Of a stretch of DNA of 64,000 nucleotides, positions 10,399-19,678 are shown one piece after another (position 1 is the first letter of the stretch; the number at the start of each line of letters is the position of its first letter). The translations under genes were made by a program, and so were the position numbers. This DNA is from Candidatus Altiarchaeales archaeon. Lineage in GTDB: Archaea; Altiarchaeota; Altiarchaeia; IMC4; SCGC-AAA252-I15. The notes under the pieces were generated by a model, which saw nothing but the letters and a program-made list of their open reading frames with translations, was not told the origin of the DNA and searched no databases. The stretch lies in the NCBI GenBank assembly GCA_014727915.1, contig WJMO01000005.1, positions 447,243 through 511,242 of the forward strand, written 5' to 3'.

Positions 10399-11019
10399 TC
10401 ACTTCCGCGACCTTCCGAACCGTCCTGTCTTCTTGGCTGCGGTCTTCTTGGACCCGAACCCCCTGAAACCGGGTTTACCACCTATCTGGTCCTTGTAGTC
10501 TGTGGTGCCGAAGACCTTCATCATATGCTCCTTGTACGAGCGCGGCTTTCCCTCGGCCTTTTCGTGGTGTCCCTGGTGCATCTGCGAGAACGGGTTGCCT
10601 CGTCCGCCGCTTGTCTGCTTGCCCTCTTCCATCTTCTGCTTTATGTACTCTTTCATCTTCTCCTGTGTGCTGGCGTCATCGTCGGAGTCCAGCTGCGGGA
10701 GGTGGCTCGCGTGCTGTTTCCGCATGAACTTGGCCATACGCTCCTGGAGGGTGAGCTCATGGGGCGCCTTCATCTCAGGCGGCTTCTCCTCCGGCGGGGG
10801 TTCCGGCGGCGGTTCGGGAGGCTGCTGTGATTCTCCGCTGTAGGTCTCGGATATGGTGTTGAAGTCCGCGTCGTATGCTGTGAAGCTCCGTCCCCCGACT
10901 TCGAAGTCGTCGCGGGTGGAGCCGTCGCTCAGGACTTCGAGTATCCTCCCGTCACCCATCCTCCTGAAAAGCCGGTTTCCGATGTATTTCTCCTCCATCC
11001 ACTGGCCGTCTTCGCCCAT
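10399..11019 (-). CDS. Hypothetical protein with Pro-rich linker
   Basis: 206-aa ORF co-directional with uppP and pcm, with tight spacing. Confidence 0.65.
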   Translation of the reverse strand: MGEDGQWMEEKYIGNRLFRRMGDGRILEVLSDGSTRDDFEVGGRSFTAYDADFNTISETYSGESQQPPEPPPEPPPEEKPPEMKAPHELTLQERMAKFMRKQHASHLPQLDSDDDASTQEKMKEYIKQKMEEGKQTSGGRGNPFSQMHQGHHEKAEGKPRSYKEHMMKVFGTTDYKDQIGGKPGFRGFGSKKTAAKKTGRFGRSRK

Positions 11020-11043
11020 GTTTAAACATTTGATTGGGGCGGT

Positions 11044-11820
11044 TTAAAAGGCTAGGGTTGCCAGGACAGCCAGCAAACCGAATAGTATGCAGAAGATGTC
11101 GAACCTCACCCTTTTAGCGAACAATATCAGAGCGTCCATGAGGGCGTAGCCTGATATGAACGAGGCGAGCAATCCGGCGGCTCCCACGCCCAGTTCAACG
11201 CTGCCAAGCCCGTCCGTTAGCAACTCCAAAACCACTGCGCCGGCGACGGCGGGCACGCTCAACAAAAAGCTGAGCCTCAACGCCTCGTCCTGCCGGACCT
11301 CGCTCAACACCAAGGTGGAGACCGTGACCCCGCTCCTGCTAACCCCGGGCAATATGCTGAACCCCTGCGCCAAACCCACCACCGCAGTGTCAAAAAGAGA
11401 AAGCTGCTTGAGGCTTTTAACCCCAAAAACCTTCTTGTGGGATAAATAGAGGGCTATTCCTGTGACAATCAATAGGAAGCCGATTATTGCATTCATGAAC
11501 CCCCCATCAAACGCCTTCAATGTAACCGACTTAAACCAGAAATACATGACTAACCCGCTGACCCCCGTGAACACGGATGCGACAGCCAGGAACTTCACCA
11601 ATGGCTTGTCCTCGAAAACCTTCGCCCACGTCCCCCGGTACTTCACCAACACCGCCGCCATGGTCCCCACATGCAGGAAAATCCCATAGGCAAACGCCTC
11701 ACCCGGACTCAATCCGAAGAAATCCAACAACACCAACATCGTCTGCCCACTACTGGAAACAGGCAACCACTCACCCACACCCTGCAACAAACCCAACAAC
11801 AAACCAGACAACAAATCCAC
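11044..11820 (-). CDS. uppP: Undecaprenyl/polyprenyl-diphosphate phosphatase (BacA/UppP)
   Basis: QGVGEWLPVSSSG and PGVSRSG motifs, GTG start. Confidence 0.9.
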   Translation of the reverse strand: MDLLSGLLLGLLQGVGEWLPVSSSGQTMLVLLDFFGLSPGEAFAYGIFLHVGTMAAVLVKYRGTWAKVFEDKPLVKFLAVASVFTGVSGLVMYFWFKSVTLKAFDGGFMNAIIGFLLIVTGIALYLSHKKVFGVKSLKQLSLFDTAVVGLAQGFSILPGVSRSGVTVSTLVLSEVRQDEALRLSFLLSVPAVAGAVVLELLTDGLGSVELGVGAAGLLASFISGYALMDALILFAKRVRFDIFCILFGLLAVLATLAF

Positions 11821-11824
11821 ATTA

Positions 11825-11831
11825 TTTATAA
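11825..11831 (+). promoter_or_regulatory. TATA box for tRNA-Lys
   Basis: TTTATAA ending 23 nt upstream of the tRNA 5' end. Confidence 0.6.
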
Positions 11832-11853
11832 CTCATACCTCCCTAATAAAATC

Positions 11854-11927
11854 GGGCTCATAGCTCAGTCTGGTAGAGCGCTCGGCTTTTAACCGAGATG
11901 CCGCGGGTTCGAACCCCGTTGAGCCCA
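11854..11927 (+). tRNA. tRNA-Lys(TTT), intronless, CCA not encoded
   Basis: GGGCTCA/TGAGCCC acceptor stem, D-loop AGTCTGGTA, anticodon arm CTCGG-CTTTTAA-CCGAG, GTTCGAA T-loop. Confidence 0.97.
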
Positions 11928-12178
11928 ACCTTTCCCTCCCTAACGGTCGGCAAAAGCTTGACCAAAATACTGTTTCAGGATGATTCACCCCCAAAGAAAA
12001 CGAACTACTTATCTAGTCTCTCAGTTACACTAGTTAGTTTATAAATGTGACTAATTCTACTCAGTTTTTTTTAAGAACTGATATTTTTTTAATTATTTAT
12101 ACTTTTTTATCAATTATTTGTGTTTTTTGTCATTTATTTGTGTTTTTTTTTTTTTTGTGGTGTTTTATGTCTGTTGTC

Positions 12179-12346
12179 TTACTTTGTGAAGTATATTGTG
12201 GCTATGGCTGATGTGAGTGCCATGCCCCAGAAGAATATGAGGAACATGAGGTTCTCCCTGGCATAGTAGATGCCCGCGATGACGGAGGCGACAGCCAATG
12301 CTAGGAACAACAGCCTCAAAGCCAGTTTCTTCATGAAGTCCTCCAT
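12179..12346 (-). CDS. Small 2-TM membrane protein (55 aa, not in ORF track)
   Basis: Manual translation MEDFMKKLALRLLFLALAVASVIAGIYYARENLMFLIFFWGMALTSAIATIYFTK*. Confidence 0.65.
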   Translation of the reverse strand: MEDFMKKLALRLLFLALAVASVIAGIYYARENLMFLIFFWGMALTSAIATIYFTK

Positions 12347-12454
12347 GTTATTCTATCCGTGGATGTGGTTATAACCCTAGCTACCTGTTGGAAACCTCCA
12401 TGTTCTTATTGCCAGCCAGGTCATTGATTACACCTGAGATAATATGGGTGATCT

Positions 12455-12835
12455 ATGATGAAGAAAGGAATGGTTTTGTTGACGGCCCTGGTGTTGCTAG
12501 CCGCCTACGCGGTAGCGCAGCCGGGCCCAGGGAAGAGCAAGAACAAAAGAGTGGAACACTGTAGCTTTACTGGTGGTGGCGTTGGAGTCGACGCAGTATT
12601 CCTATCAACCGGAAGCGGAGTAGTCCAGGAATGGCAGACAAGAGACGACGGAACATACCAGCATGTGACATTCGTCCCCGGCGACAGGGAGATGCCAGAG
12701 GAAGAATGCACGGGCAACGGATGGTTCACTTGGGAGCCCCACGCCTACCCCGATGAAGACCCCGCAGGCTGCGTGATGGACAACCTGCCGATGGACAGCT
12801 ACTGGGTCTGCATAGAAGACATAATGATGGATTAA
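12455..12835 (+). CDS. Secreted hypothetical protein
   Basis: Signal peptide (MKKGMVLLTALVLLAAYAVA), 4 Cys. Confidence 0.7.
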   Translation: MMKKGMVLLTALVLLAAYAVAQPGPGKSKNKRVEHCSFTGGGVGVDAVFLSTGSGVVQEWQTRDDGTYQHVTFVPGDREMPEEECTGNGWFTWEPHAYPDEDPAGCVMDNLPMDSYWVCIEDIMMD

Positions 12836-12848
12836 ACTAATCCATCAA

Positions 12849-12866
12849 CCCCCCTCTTTTTTTTTA
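12849..12866 (+). terminator. Pyrimidine/oligo-T terminator
   Basis: CCCCCTC followed by a long T run between convergent genes. Confidence 0.5.
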
Positions 12867-13580
12867 ATTCACTCTCTTCTTACCTGCTTCTATGAACCCC
12901 TGCAGGTCCCCTCTCCCGGCCAGTTTTTCGATGTTGGATGCGAGCGCCTCCTGGAACATCAGATAATCCATCGTTGAACCCGCCGACCCGGTGGGCATCA
13001 CTCGAGTCACACCATCACTCACAGTCTTCTCCGTTACCGTGGGACTCTCCACGTTGTCGCTGTAGACAAGCGCATAGAGGTCGTTGGTGTAGCCCTGCGG
13101 GTACCTGTGCTGGTCTATCAAGTTCACCCTGGCCCTGGGCTCCACCAGATGTATCTCCCTGCTCAGCCGGGATAGGTTGCCTTCCACGCGCTGGCTGGTG
13201 TCCACCAGATTATAGGTTCCACTGCCGTCCAAGATATTCGACGCCTTCAGCGCCTCCCCCGCCTCGCCTTCAGTATAGGTTGGCTTCTCGCCCCCTTCGC
13301 TGGTGCTGTATATGAAGTACCTGAGCCTTGACTTCGGCACTAACCCCATGGCGTTGTTCAACCCGCTGGTAGCCTCGAACAATGCCCGCATACCCTGGCC
13401 CAGGAATATTGTCTTACCCTCCACCCGGCCCTCTCTCATGTCGAGGAGCAGGCGGGCGGAGAAACGAAGTATGTCCTTGGCAACACTGTCATAGTGGTCT
13501 CTCACAGAGTTCAAGTCGGGCAGCTCATCCGATCGGGCGTCCACCCGCTTGCCATAGTAGTCAGAATCCCTTAACCGCAT
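12864..13580 (-). CDS. Hypothetical protein
   Basis: Long ORF directly downstream of the tautomerase. Start MRLRDSD chosen to avoid overlap. Confidence 0.6.
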   Translation of the reverse strand: MRLRDSDYYGKRVDARSDELPDLNSVRDHYDSVAKDILRFSARLLLDMREGRVEGKTIFLGQGMRALFEATSGLNNAMGLVPKSRLRYFIYSTSEGGEKPTYTEGEAGEALKASNILDGSGTYNLVDTSQRVEGNLSRLSREIHLVEPRARVNLIDQHRYPQGYTNDLYALVYSDNVESPTVTEKTVSDGVTRVMPTGSAGSTMDYLMFQEALASNIEKLAGRGDLQGFIEAGKKRVN

Positions 13581-13587
13581 CTCCAAC

Positions 13588-13782
13588 CTACTTGATGTCC
13601 TTGAACCTGACGGAATGTTGTTCGCCGCCGGAACCCCAGTTCTCACGTCTGGTCTCGTGTATTACCACGGTCACAGCCTCGGCTGGTATCCCCAACCCTG
13701 TGAACACTTCCGTGATCCCCCTTATGACCTCCGGCTTCCTCTCATCATCCAACGGCCACGTCTCCACTGTAACAAATGGCAC
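13588..13782 (-). CDS. 4-oxalocrotonate tautomerase family protein
   Basis: GTG-Pro start (catalytic Pro1) PFVTVE..VTVVIHE..NWGSGG, with GGAGGTGA RBS. Confidence 0.9.
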   Translation of the reverse strand: MPFVTVETWPLDDERKPEVIRGITEVFTGLGIPAEAVTVVIHETRRENWGSGGEQHSVRFKDIK

Positions 13783-13787
13783 CTGCT

Positions 13788-14066
13788 TCACCTCCTTTTC
13801 CTTCTGCTGAACGGCTGCGGGAGCACCTGAACCCTCCGTATCCTCTTCAACGGTATGCTGTACGTGTGGTCGTACCAGTCCGACTCGTCCTTCCCCTGCC
13901 CTATCTTCCGAGTCCCAGACACGTTTATGAACCCGCCCGTGCTAGTCTTATAGCAGGCCTCCAGGAAGTAACCCGTGCATATGCTGTTGTTGGTCCTGCA
14001 GGCGATGAAAGTGCCCTTCCTGATCCTCTTATCAGCCACGACCTTCTTGAACTCCGGCACCCGCAT
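13788..14066 (-). CDS. Small basic hypothetical protein
   Basis: ORF co-directional with the tautomerase. Confidence 0.5.
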   Translation of the reverse strand: MRVPEFKKVVADKRIRKGTFIACRTNNSICTGYFLEACYKTSTGGFINVSGTRKIGQGKDESDWYDHTYSIPLKRIRRVQVLPQPFSRRKRR

Positions 14067-14132
14067 AATGAAATATTGGTAGGGCCTCAATAAAACAGGT
14101 TTTATTTATTGGGTCGAGAGTAAGTTCTACCT

Positions 14133-14402
14133 ATGGAAGACGTCGTGGGTGTTAGGCTAGACCTCCTAGCCTCGATAGTCGAGGATATGATCTCCAGCAA
14201 AGACCTGGAGTCAGTGCTCGGCTCTCCGGTTATGGCGCACGTGGCCATGACAGTGGAAGACGGCCAGTTCAAGTTCAGGACCCTCATACCCGACGGAGAG
14301 GAACGTGAACCCTACACCGACGAGGAGGTTATCAGGGCGTCCGAGATAGTGGACCAGATAGTCTCGGACAGACTTCCAGGCGACCTCCCGGAGGTCAAGT
14401 GA
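14133..14402 (+). CDS. Small acidic hypothetical protein
   Basis: 89-aa ORF after an AT-rich divergent promoter region. Confidence 0.6.
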   Translation: MEDVVGVRLDLLASIVEDMISSKDLESVLGSPVMAHVAMTVEDGQFKFRTLIPDGEEREPYTDEEVIRASEIVDQIVSDRLPGDLPEVK

Positions 14403-14470
14403 GAGATGGAAGAGAGCGGAAAATGGCGGAACATCATAGGAGGGAAGTTAGGGAAGATCATCGGCGCGAT

Positions 14471-15976
14471 CTAGCCGATCCGGTAGACCCTCACCGGCCT
14501 TAATGTGCCCACCGACTTCACGAGGGTTGCGTTCTCCGCGAGGAAACCGTAGAAGCCGCCGAATCCCGATACATCATACATCAGCGCAAAGCGCACGTCA
14601 CCTGCGTGTTCCCTGTAGTACTCAGGCGAACGGTTGAGCGCTCCAACGTGCAACCCGTAGAATTCCATGAACTCCCCAGGTATCTCACGGCCCGTCCTGA
14701 ACGCGACCGGGCAGGCCAGGTATGACAGGCCCATGATCTGCTCGTCCTCCCCCGAATTCTCCGAAACATAGGATGACAGGACGTTCACAACCATGTTCCC
14801 ATAAGACTCGGATACTATGAACACATAGTAGGAGAACAGCGACACAAGCAGCAGAGATACGAGCACCGGCATCATGGACTCCCTGGCGTTGTCGAACGAG
14901 AAGCCCGCCAGGAGTGACAGGGGTATGATCGAGAGGGTGAAGTACAGGTAGGGGTGGGAGTAACCGCAAAGGTACTTCAGGAAGAGCACCGGCGGCAACG
15001 AGGACAGGAGATACATAAGTAGGTAATCCTCTTCGAACCTGCGCTTCCCAGACTTGATGACATGGCAGGCTCCGAACACGGACGGCACGGTGAAGAGGGG
15101 GTCGACGGCCAGTACCTTCAGGAACTCGAACAGTTTGCACCCGAGGCCGCTGTCCTGGTAGAGGCTGTGGTGCACGTAGACCTGGTAGAAGTACTCGGGA
15201 GACCATAGGAGCGCGGTTGCAGGCGCGTATACGAGGATGAACCCGGCCACTACGGGAGCCAGACATGGTATGATGTTCTTCCGGTCTCTCAAGATGACTG
15301 TCAGAAACATGGGTCCCAAAGCCACCAACCCCAGCATCTTATACAAGGCGGCCGCCCCGACGCACGCACCCGAAGCAAGGAGATAGGCTCTCTTACCCCG
15401 GCTCCTACCCTCTAGGAACAGGTAGGCTGCGATGAGATGCAAGAGTATGAGTTCCGCGTAGGCGGTGGCCGCGTTGGTGAACTTGAAAACGAAATGGGAG
15501 AGCCCCAACACCGCAGTGGAGGCGAGCGCATGCTCCCTGCTCCAGAACCTACCTGCTACATGGTATGTCAGGAGGATGGTTGCTACCGATGCGAGTGTGG
15601 GCACCAGCTTGGCCTGGAAAACACCCACCCCCAACAGGTTGAAAACAGCCGATGTGACGTAGAGGTAGACGGGCTGCTGTGTGAACATGAAGTCGGCGTA
15701 TGGTCGAGCGCCTGTGAAGTGCTTGTAGGCGGAGTATATGAAGAAACCCTCATCCGAGGTTATGGAGATTATGTTCAGCGTTGAAGCGCGCAACACCACA
15801 GATGCGAATATGACCGCTGCAAGGTATAAATGCCAGTATTCGCCCAACCTCATAGTGGATGAGAGCATCCTACGGTCCGACAGCCTTTTCCCAGTAGCGG
15901 CCGCGACTATGCTCTGAGCCACCACCACGGCTATGAGGAGCACCAGCCATATGATGGTGTTCTGGAACGCTATCAT
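14471..15976 (-). CDS. GT-C glycosyltransferase (ArnT/PMT family 39/83-like)
   Basis: SDEGFF, PYADFMFTQQPVY, LYK motifs, multiple TMs. Confidence 0.85.
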   Translation of the reverse strand: MIAFQNTIIWLVLLIAVVVAQSIVAAATGKRLSDRRMLSSTMRLGEYWHLYLAAVIFASVVLRASTLNIISITSDEGFFIYSAYKHFTGARPYADFMFTQQPVYLYVTSAVFNLLGVGVFQAKLVPTLASVATILLTYHVAGRFWSREHALASTAVLGLSHFVFKFTNAATAYAELILLHLIAAYLFLEGRSRGKRAYLLASGACVGAAALYKMLGLVALGPMFLTVILRDRKNIIPCLAPVVAGFILVYAPATALLWSPEYFYQVYVHHSLYQDSGLGCKLFEFLKVLAVDPLFTVPSVFGACHVIKSGKRRFEEDYLLMYLLSSLPPVLFLKYLCGYSHPYLYFTLSIIPLSLLAGFSFDNARESMMPVLVSLLLVSLFSYYVFIVSESYGNMVVNVLSSYVSENSGEDEQIMGLSYLACPVAFRTGREIPGEFMEFYGLHVGALNRSPEYYREHAGDVRFALMYDVSGFGGFYGFLAENATLVKSVGTLRPVRVYRIG

Positions 15977-16014
15977 CTCAACTAGTATATTAACATTGAA
16001 TATTAGATTAAGAC

Positions 16015-17199
16015 ATGGGAGAATCAAGTCCCTGGAAGCTGGCAGTATACGCGGTTGTCCTTGCTTTCCTGCTTTTCCAAGCCCAAAAGGTGCTGTTGCC
16101 CGTGCTGTCGGACATAGACAGCACTCAGTGGGATTTTGAGAAGGACTACTATGGTGCGGTCGCATACAGCAGGGGCTACAACCCCTACCATAACTCGGAC
16201 CTAGCCCGCGTGTCCGGCAAGCACATGGCCCTCCCTTATGTCTACCCGCCCCTGACTATCGGCTTCTACCGGCTATTCGCATTCCTCCGATATGACTCGG
16301 CCCAGTATGTTTTCCTGGCGTTGAAGGCCCTCCTCCTAGTCGGGCTCATGCGGCTGTGGGGTTGGAGGATGGTGGAATCCGGCAGCAAGTCAGAGTTCGC
16401 CGTCTTCACAGTGCTCGCCTATAACAGCACCGCGCTCATAGACCTCCACACAGGAAACGTTGCCATGCTAGAGCAGGCCCTCCTCTGGCTGGGATTCCAC
16501 TACTACCTCAAAGGCGACCTCATGCGGTTCACCGGGTTCACTTTAGCCGCCGCATCCTTCAAAGTCCTGCCGATAGCGTTCCTCGGTCTGCTCCTCTTCT
16601 CCGACGACGATCGTAGACACAAGTACCTGTTAACCTCGGCGGCCATATTCATGGCATACCTGCTCCTGCCCGCTTTCCTGATGCCCGGTCTCTTCGACGG
16701 CTACGTTCGCAACCTGGAGATAACCATCTTCCACCTGCGGTCCGAGAGGGGCATGATAAACCCTTCCACGCTGGCGTTGGTCAAGGACCTCACCGTCCTG
16801 TGGTCTTTCATACTGGGATTGGAACCGCCTGCCAACGCCCATCTAATACTTTACCTGGCCATGGCCGCGGCGGTGGTCTCCGTCAGCGCCAGGGCAGTGT
16901 CCGAGCTTAGGAGGAGGAACGACCGGCGGATGCTCCTGTTCTTCCTGGTACTCGTCTACGCCCTGTTGGCTCCGAGGATGAAAGACTACGGTTACGTGAT
17001 CCTAATACCCTCGACGTTCTACGCGGCCGGACTGCCCAGGTTCAGGAGTTACAGGCCGCTCATACTGTTGGCGGGTATGGTGCCAGTCTCAGTCCTACAG
17101 CCCCACCCGGAGTTCCTGCTCGGCATGTGGGGATACTATGCGCTCGCATACGCATATCTCATATGGGTGTTGTACGTGATCGAGGCAGCGGGGGAATAG
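16015..17199 (+). CDS. GT87/DUF2029 glycosyltransferase
   Basis: DF..DYY..GYNPY, YVYPP, GNV and FKVLP motifs. Confidence 0.85.
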   Translation: MGESSPWKLAVYAVVLAFLLFQAQKVLLPVLSDIDSTQWDFEKDYYGAVAYSRGYNPYHNSDLARVSGKHMALPYVYPPLTIGFYRLFAFLRYDSAQYVFLALKALLLVGLMRLWGWRMVESGSKSEFAVFTVLAYNSTALIDLHTGNVAMLEQALLWLGFHYYLKGDLMRFTGFTLAAASFKVLPIAFLGLLLFSDDDRRHKYLLTSAAIFMAYLLLPAFLMPGLFDGYVRNLEITIFHLRSERGMINPSTLALVKDLTVLWSFILGLEPPANAHLILYLAMAAAVVSVSARAVSELRRRNDRRMLLFFLVLVYALLAPRMKDYGYVILIPSTFYAAGLPRFRSYRPLILLAGMVPVSVLQPHPEFLLGMWGYYALAYAYLIWVLYVIEAAGE

Positions 17200-17299
17200 G
17201 ATTATTTATTAGTTCTGAATCGTTTATCTCCAAAAAATACAGGGGTCGAACAAAATAGCCAAGAAACTAAGCCTGAGGTTTTCCGTCGGCAGGAACCTG

Positions 17300-19318
17300 G
17301 TGCTTTTCCTAGTCTCATTCATAGCAGTCTTGGCATTCTACATAGGACTGACCTCCATGCAGGTCCCCGCATACCAGTACCGGTGGTTCAACTGCCTCGA
17401 CTACCTCAAAGAGGGGACACTATACGGGGGCCAGCCCGAGTGCGTCCAACCCCCAATGGTCTACTTCACAGGTTCCCTGATTTCGGTCTTCGGCGACGAA
17501 TACCTCCACATGCTGTCGAACTTCACTCTCATACTCCTGAACACATTCTGCCTCTACCTCACGCTCCGGATGACGAAAGGAAGGAGATACTGGGTGGCGG
17601 GCACGGTCATACTCGTCTACTGCCTTCTGATACTGCCCCTCTCAGTCGAGTACAAGTCAAGCCCTGGCAAAGCCTATCTTGACACGGTCTTGTCTGCGTG
17701 CTTCATGATGGCGGGTGTGTACGTTTTCCTGAACAGGAAGTCCACTAACCATGTTGCTTTGGCTTCCCTGATGTTCGCCCTCGCGCTAATGTCAAAGCTG
17801 ACGGTCCTCTCAGTCGTAGTGGGCTGCTTCACGGTGCTGCTGCTATCCCATGCCCAGGGAATGTTGAAGCTGAGCAGGGATGACCTGTACCTGGACTCGT
17901 CCAAGCTGCCGCCGCTGCTGAATGACGCCGCAGCTTTCCTGACGCCCATGCTCGCGTCCTTCATACTCTTGAAGCTCATCTTCCCCAACATCATAGTCTA
18001 CACCGTGCTATGCCACACCTTCGCCGAGCAGATAGGGTACGTGGATACGGTCAAGGCGATAGTCACAACCAACCCGCTCTCAGACAACAGCCTCCTGGTC
18101 TTCTACGCCCTTCTGGCTGGTGTGGCAGCATACTATCGCCGGAGCCGGGACGGCGTTGCCCTGATGTACCTGGTAGCCTCCCCGCTCACCTTCGTCTCTG
18201 TCTACAAGCTCAGAAGCCAGATGCCTGACGTCTTCAGCTCATACTATGCCGTCCTTCCCATCTTCCTGCTGCCCCTCATCTTGGGGAATCACGCATCATC
18301 ACTGAAGGGAAACAGGAAGAAGATGGCCTGTGCGGTCCTGGTCGCAGCCGCATTGTTCTTCGGCAACATGCACTTCTACGGCCAGCCCAACGTAAGGGAG
18401 ATAGCCTCCATGAAGTCGGCGGGCTACAGCCTCAAGGGCATATTCTACGACCTCGAGGATGTGGAGGAGATAAGGGAGACCGTGGACACGGTCTACATGC
18501 TCCTGCCATCGAACTCGAAGAAGGTGCTCATAGACGGGAGGATGTACGACACCCTCCGCGCATACGAGACTGACCTGGTAATGCCCCTGGTGGACTGGAG
18601 GAGCGCCCCCCAGGACCGCGTGATAGACTCGGTTTTCGCCCCCGGGCTGATACACTATGGCGTCCTATCCAAGGAGTACAACTTCACGGACAGCATGGCC
18701 GAGGAGAACATCAGCATGGAAAAATACGACTACCAGCTCTCCCTCTACATCTACGAGATGAACCAGCGGGAGGAAGAGCTCATAGAAGACATCGAATCCG
18801 GCGAGTATGAGATGATAATCATCGGCCCCGCGGCGTGGAGCACCCACATATGGTATCTGCTTTCCACGCAGATAAGCCCCAAGACAATACAGGGATACTG
18901 CAGGGTCTACCTGCCGGTATTCAACGAGGAGAAGCACCTCCGTCACTGGTCCACGATACTCATGCAGGACCAGAGCAAATGCAACCTACTGGGGAACAGG
19001 GCGAAAAGCTACATGGAGGCGGTCTTCGATAGCGTCTGCCAGAAGGACGAGTGGGCTGCCAACTACCTGCTCAGGCGGGTGTTCGCAATGAACACGGTTA
19101 CCAACTGCGATGAGGGCGGGTGCAAGATGTATCGTGTCCTGCTGGACAAGGAATGCAAGTCCGGGGCCAACGTCCTGGGCAGGTACATGAACGCAAAGCA
19201 GGCGTGGGACCCCCGCAGGGCGGGGGTAGTGGCGTTTGCCGTCCTATGGCTGCTGATACATGTGCGGTTGAAGGCAGGGTTCAAGGACAACTACCTCTAC
19301 GTGAACGTCCGAGACTAG
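17300..19318 (+). CDS. GT-C-like multi-TM protein with Cys-containing extracellular domain
   Basis: LYGGQPECVQPPMVY, LMSK motif, many TMs. Start uncertain. Confidence 0.7.
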   Translation: MLFLVSFIAVLAFYIGLTSMQVPAYQYRWFNCLDYLKEGTLYGGQPECVQPPMVYFTGSLISVFGDEYLHMLSNFTLILLNTFCLYLTLRMTKGRRYWVAGTVILVYCLLILPLSVEYKSSPGKAYLDTVLSACFMMAGVYVFLNRKSTNHVALASLMFALALMSKLTVLSVVVGCFTVLLLSHAQGMLKLSRDDLYLDSSKLPPLLNDAAAFLTPMLASFILLKLIFPNIIVYTVLCHTFAEQIGYVDTVKAIVTTNPLSDNSLLVFYALLAGVAAYYRRSRDGVALMYLVASPLTFVSVYKLRSQMPDVFSSYYAVLPIFLLPLILGNHASSLKGNRKKMACAVLVAAALFFGNMHFYGQPNVREIASMKSAGYSLKGIFYDLEDVEEIRETVDTVYMLLPSNSKKVLIDGRMYDTLRAYETDLVMPLVDWRSAPQDRVIDSVFAPGLIHYGVLSKEYNFTDSMAEENISMEKYDYQLSLYIYEMNQREEELIEDIESGEYEMIIIGPAAWSTHIWYLLSTQISPKTIQGYCRVYLPVFNEEKHLRHWSTILMQDQSKCNLLGNRAKSYMEAVFDSVCQKDEWAANYLLRRVFAMNTVTNCDEGGCKMYRVLLDKECKSGANVLGRYMNAKQAWDPRRAGVVAFAVLWLLIHVRLKAGFKDNYLYVNVRD

Positions 19319-19427
19319 CTTTTATTCCAGTCCTCCCTCTTCTATTGCATGCCAGTCAAGGGCCGGAAGACCAGCTACAAGGATGCCAGGCGGAAGAAGA
19401 AGCACAGGAAGCGGATTGGGAGATAGT

Positions 19428-19640
19428 CTAAGGGCACGGTTCGAACTCACAGTATGGGAGCATCCTATGGGCGACCGTCCCGTCAGGGCAGGTGAAATTG
19501 TCCCCCGGGCAGCCTTCACCCATGCTATCACGCTCGTTCTTCTCGTTCTCCACGGACTGTATGAAAGACGCTATCGTTATCGCTGAGAGCAACACCAGCA
19601 CAGTAAGGAAGAATATTGCGGCCTTCGTCTCCGGTTTCAT
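19428..19640 (-). CDS. Small membrane-anchored protein with CPDG..R..PxCEFxPCP motif
   Basis: N-terminal TM plus GCPGDNFTCPDGTVAHRMLPYCEFEPCP. Confidence 0.75.
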   Translation of the reverse strand: MKPETKAAIFFLTVLVLLSAITIASFIQSVENEKNERDSMGEGCPGDNFTCPDGTVAHRMLPYCEFEPCP

Positions 19641-19678
19641 TCTGGATATATATTACCCGTCGTTTTTAATGTCTTAAG

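Noticed and set aside
11854-14470. tRNA-integrated island
   Set aside because: No integrase and no duplicated tRNA 3' end (att) seen in the window.
14406-14474. 22-aa ORF MEESGKWRNIIGGKLGKIIGAI
   Set aside because: Too short to support without conservation data.
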